64,000 nt of DNA from Saccostrea echinata (lineage: Eukaryota). The notes beneath the pieces are model-generated. The model did no database searches, had not been told where the DNA came from, and saw only the letters and a program-made list of their open reading frames with translations. The position numbers and the translations under genes are program-made. How positions within the stretch are numbered: the stretch's first letter is position 1; each line of letters starts with the position of its first letter. Positions 62,401 to 64,000 of the stretch are shown here, piece by piece. The DNA is taken from NCBI RefSeq assembly GCF_033153115.1, contig NW_026889774.1, positions 21,266,001 through 21,330,000 on the forward strand, given 5' to 3'.

Positions 62401-62888
62401 TGATGTGCAATTGACAATGAATACTGTAAATAAAACACAATTTCTGCCCAAATACATTTTGCGCAATGCTTTTAGGAATTTTCATGTCAGAATATATTTT
62501 CATTTTCGTAAACATTAAGAAGAAAGCTATTATATTTTAGCATTCAAATTTCTGCTGCAAAAATATTTGTGCAATTCATTTTTCAGTTTTTTTCATTGTA
62601 AAGCTGAAAGATGTTATTCATTTGCTATTCTAGCTCAACAACAAGGAAACTTTCCTCCATTTAGTCAAGGTACGATGCACCTACTAATCGATGCTTACAT
62701 GTAATGTCAAAATTTCTCTGGAAACACTTGTATTGTTAACTTTTGTCTCAAGACAAGAACAAAATCAGGAAGATTCAATTCGATAATAGAATGTATTCAG
62801 AATTTAGAAAGAATTGACCTATAAGATAAGTATTATTAATTTGTAATTCTAGCTCAACAACCAGGAAACTTTCCTCCATTTAGTCAAG
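50139..62888 (+). CDS. Secreted Gln/Gly/Pro/Phe/Asn-rich low-complexity protein encoded by a micro-exon array (3' end not identified in the window)
   Basis: Signal-peptide exon 50139-50190 (MSLRIFLGILVFIPFSQ G), then exon 52233-52739 (GQWQTGGG...(PGFPQQLQQT)n...). Phase 1-1 AG/GT-bounded micro-exons follow at 55327-55374, 55625-55675, 55819-55848, 57419-57448, 57799-57828, 57940-57999, 58486-58515, 58637-58672, 59554-59580, 59996-60031, 60277-60309, 60544-60579, 60826-60858, 61095-61130, 61908-61943, 62634-62669 and 62853-62888. All are multiples of 3, stop-free and of consistent composition. Confidence 0.85.
50390..50825 (-). mobile_element. Penelope-like retroelement 3' fragment
   Basis: 'YISQLLRYARACSTYEQLLKRGKLLTNKLMKQGYQQSRLESSFRKFYGRY', closely related to the 38.8-39.4 kb copy. 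Confidence 0.8.
50969..51432 (+). mobile_element. Short Helentron/HINE-like element
   Basis: 5' hairpin 'agtcccctaccggtgaaaccggaggggact', (gtct/gtcc)n, two ~148-bp internal repeats, and 3' 'ggtaggggact...gtattgctaatgcaatac...cttgtt'. Confidence 0.75.
51870..52092. mobile_element. MITE (family of 12237-12502)
   Basis: 'ggccatctttaaatttttttgtttgccctctcccgac' ... 'gtcggaagagggcaaacaaacattagtttaaagatggtc'. Confidence 0.75.
53612..54350. mobile_element. Non-autonomous TIR DNA transposon (Kolobok-like) containing a tRNA-like segment
   Basis: 22-bp perfect TIR AAGAAGATGGGTGAACAAGGCG / CGCCTTGTTCACCCATCTTCTT, with ttaa/ttta flanks. Confidence 0.75.
59341..59409. repeat. (TA)n microsatellite
   Basis: Pure TA run. 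Confidence 0.95.
59943..61315 (+). repeat. ~270-280-bp tandem repeat, each unit = intron + one micro-exon; dimeric higher-order period ~549 bp
   Basis: Exon starts at 59996, 60277, 60544, 60826 and 61095 with alternating 36/33-nt exons; diverged copies at 61908, 62634 and 62853. Confidence 0.9.
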
Positions 62889-64000
62889 GTACAATGCACC
62901 TACTAATCAATACATACATGCAAAATTCTTTGGAAACACTTGTAATGATTATTTCTGTTGCACGTTCTGAACAAAATCGGGAAGTTTCAAGATTAAAGAA
63001 TGAATTCGAATTTCAAAAGAATTAACCTATAGGAGAGAACAATTTCCAAAAGTCTCATTAAAAATATCAGAGTTCATTAGTTATTTTGTACAGTGTATAT
63101 GTTTAAATATTTCAAATTTGCATTATGAACCTAAGATTTATTATTTGCAATTTTAAAATTAGTAAATGTCTTTAAAAATAAGATTTAAACAACAGTTATT
63201 CCCATTAAAGCACGGATTTTTGCATGAATTTTTATCCTAGAATTCTTCAGGACTCCTAAATAAATATGTTTTGATAGGTTATGATCTAACGAGTATATAA
63301 ATAGGATTATTTTAGGGGCATCCCTGCCCTGGGGTGGACATTTACAAACTTACAAAAATAAGGAAACCTGTTTTTGACAACCTGTTTCATGCTTTTTTTA
63401 GTCAGAATAGCTCAGATGGTTATAATGCTGACATTTGAAACCGCAGAAACGTTTTTAGAGTTGTGGTTCGAATCCACCTGACCAAACTTTTCACAGTTTT
63501 TAATTCTGGTCTTTTCAAGCACTATTTTAATTTTTTAAATAAATATGTGTGCATTTTCCTTCAATTATATATTTTTAATGTATGTTTATACGTGATAAAA
63601 AGGACAATCAAAAGAAAGAAAATCATAAATTCTATGTAACTTGCATGCACTCAAGCTGGAATATACACCAATATTATTATTCTCATTTATTCCAAGCTCT
63701 CTGATTGGCTTAAACTTGATCACATGACCAGATATATAACAGGATATAGACTTGTGTTACTATTTAAAGATTCTGAAATGCAAATCGACTTATGTTTCTA
63801 AAAATGGAGATAATCTTATGTAAAACAATAATAGTCCTGACTTCACAATAGCTAATACAGTGTATGGCTTAATTGATGTTTCTCAAAAAAAAAAAAATAT
63901 ATATATACTTCAATTCTTATTTTTAATTGTGATGTTTAGTAATCATTGGTAAGACCTAACATTATGCCTTGAATAATAAGGACCTATTTCATATTAAAAC

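Noticed and set aside
63241-63280. Possible terminal or additional exon of the micro-exon gene (cctag|AATTCTTCAGGACTCCTAAATAA)
   Set aside because: The acceptor is plausible but the peptide lacks the gene's composition and alternatives cannot be distinguished without transcripts.

Overview
AT-rich, intron-rich eukaryotic DNA, most likely from a bivalve mollusc (oyster-like Helentron/HINE elements with ~166-bp satellite units, tRNA-SINEs, Penelope fragments). I assembled spliced gene models by hand using splice sites and reading-frame phase. (1) A complete 9-exon, 691-aa caspase-family gene on the minus strand (20404->8484). It has STHG and QSCRS catalytic motifs, a very long inter-subunit linker, and an N-terminal ~170-aa alpha/beta domain that patterns like a TIR/SEFIR fold rather than CARD/DED. 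(2) The first two exons of a tandem paralogue (3167->1038) that runs off the window. Both copies carry an identical ISRE-like element ~22 bp upstream of the ATG. (3) An intact 8-exon zeta-crystallin/NADPH:quinone oxidoreductase (CRYZ, 24540-28679), followed by a decayed tandem duplicate (32.7-38.6 kb). (4) A secreted Q/G/P/F/N-rich low-complexity protein gene (from 50139, no stop found in the window). After a signal-peptide exon and one long exon it consists of at least 17 symmetric phase-1 micro-exons of 27-60 nt, eight of them amplified as exon+intron tandem units. The rest is a dense mix of MITEs, HINEs, SINEs, LINE/Penelope fragments and microsatellites. The best candidates for something new are the putative IRF-responsive TIR-like-caspase family and the micro-exon secreted-protein gene. 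Domain identities are by eye and need profile or structure confirmation.
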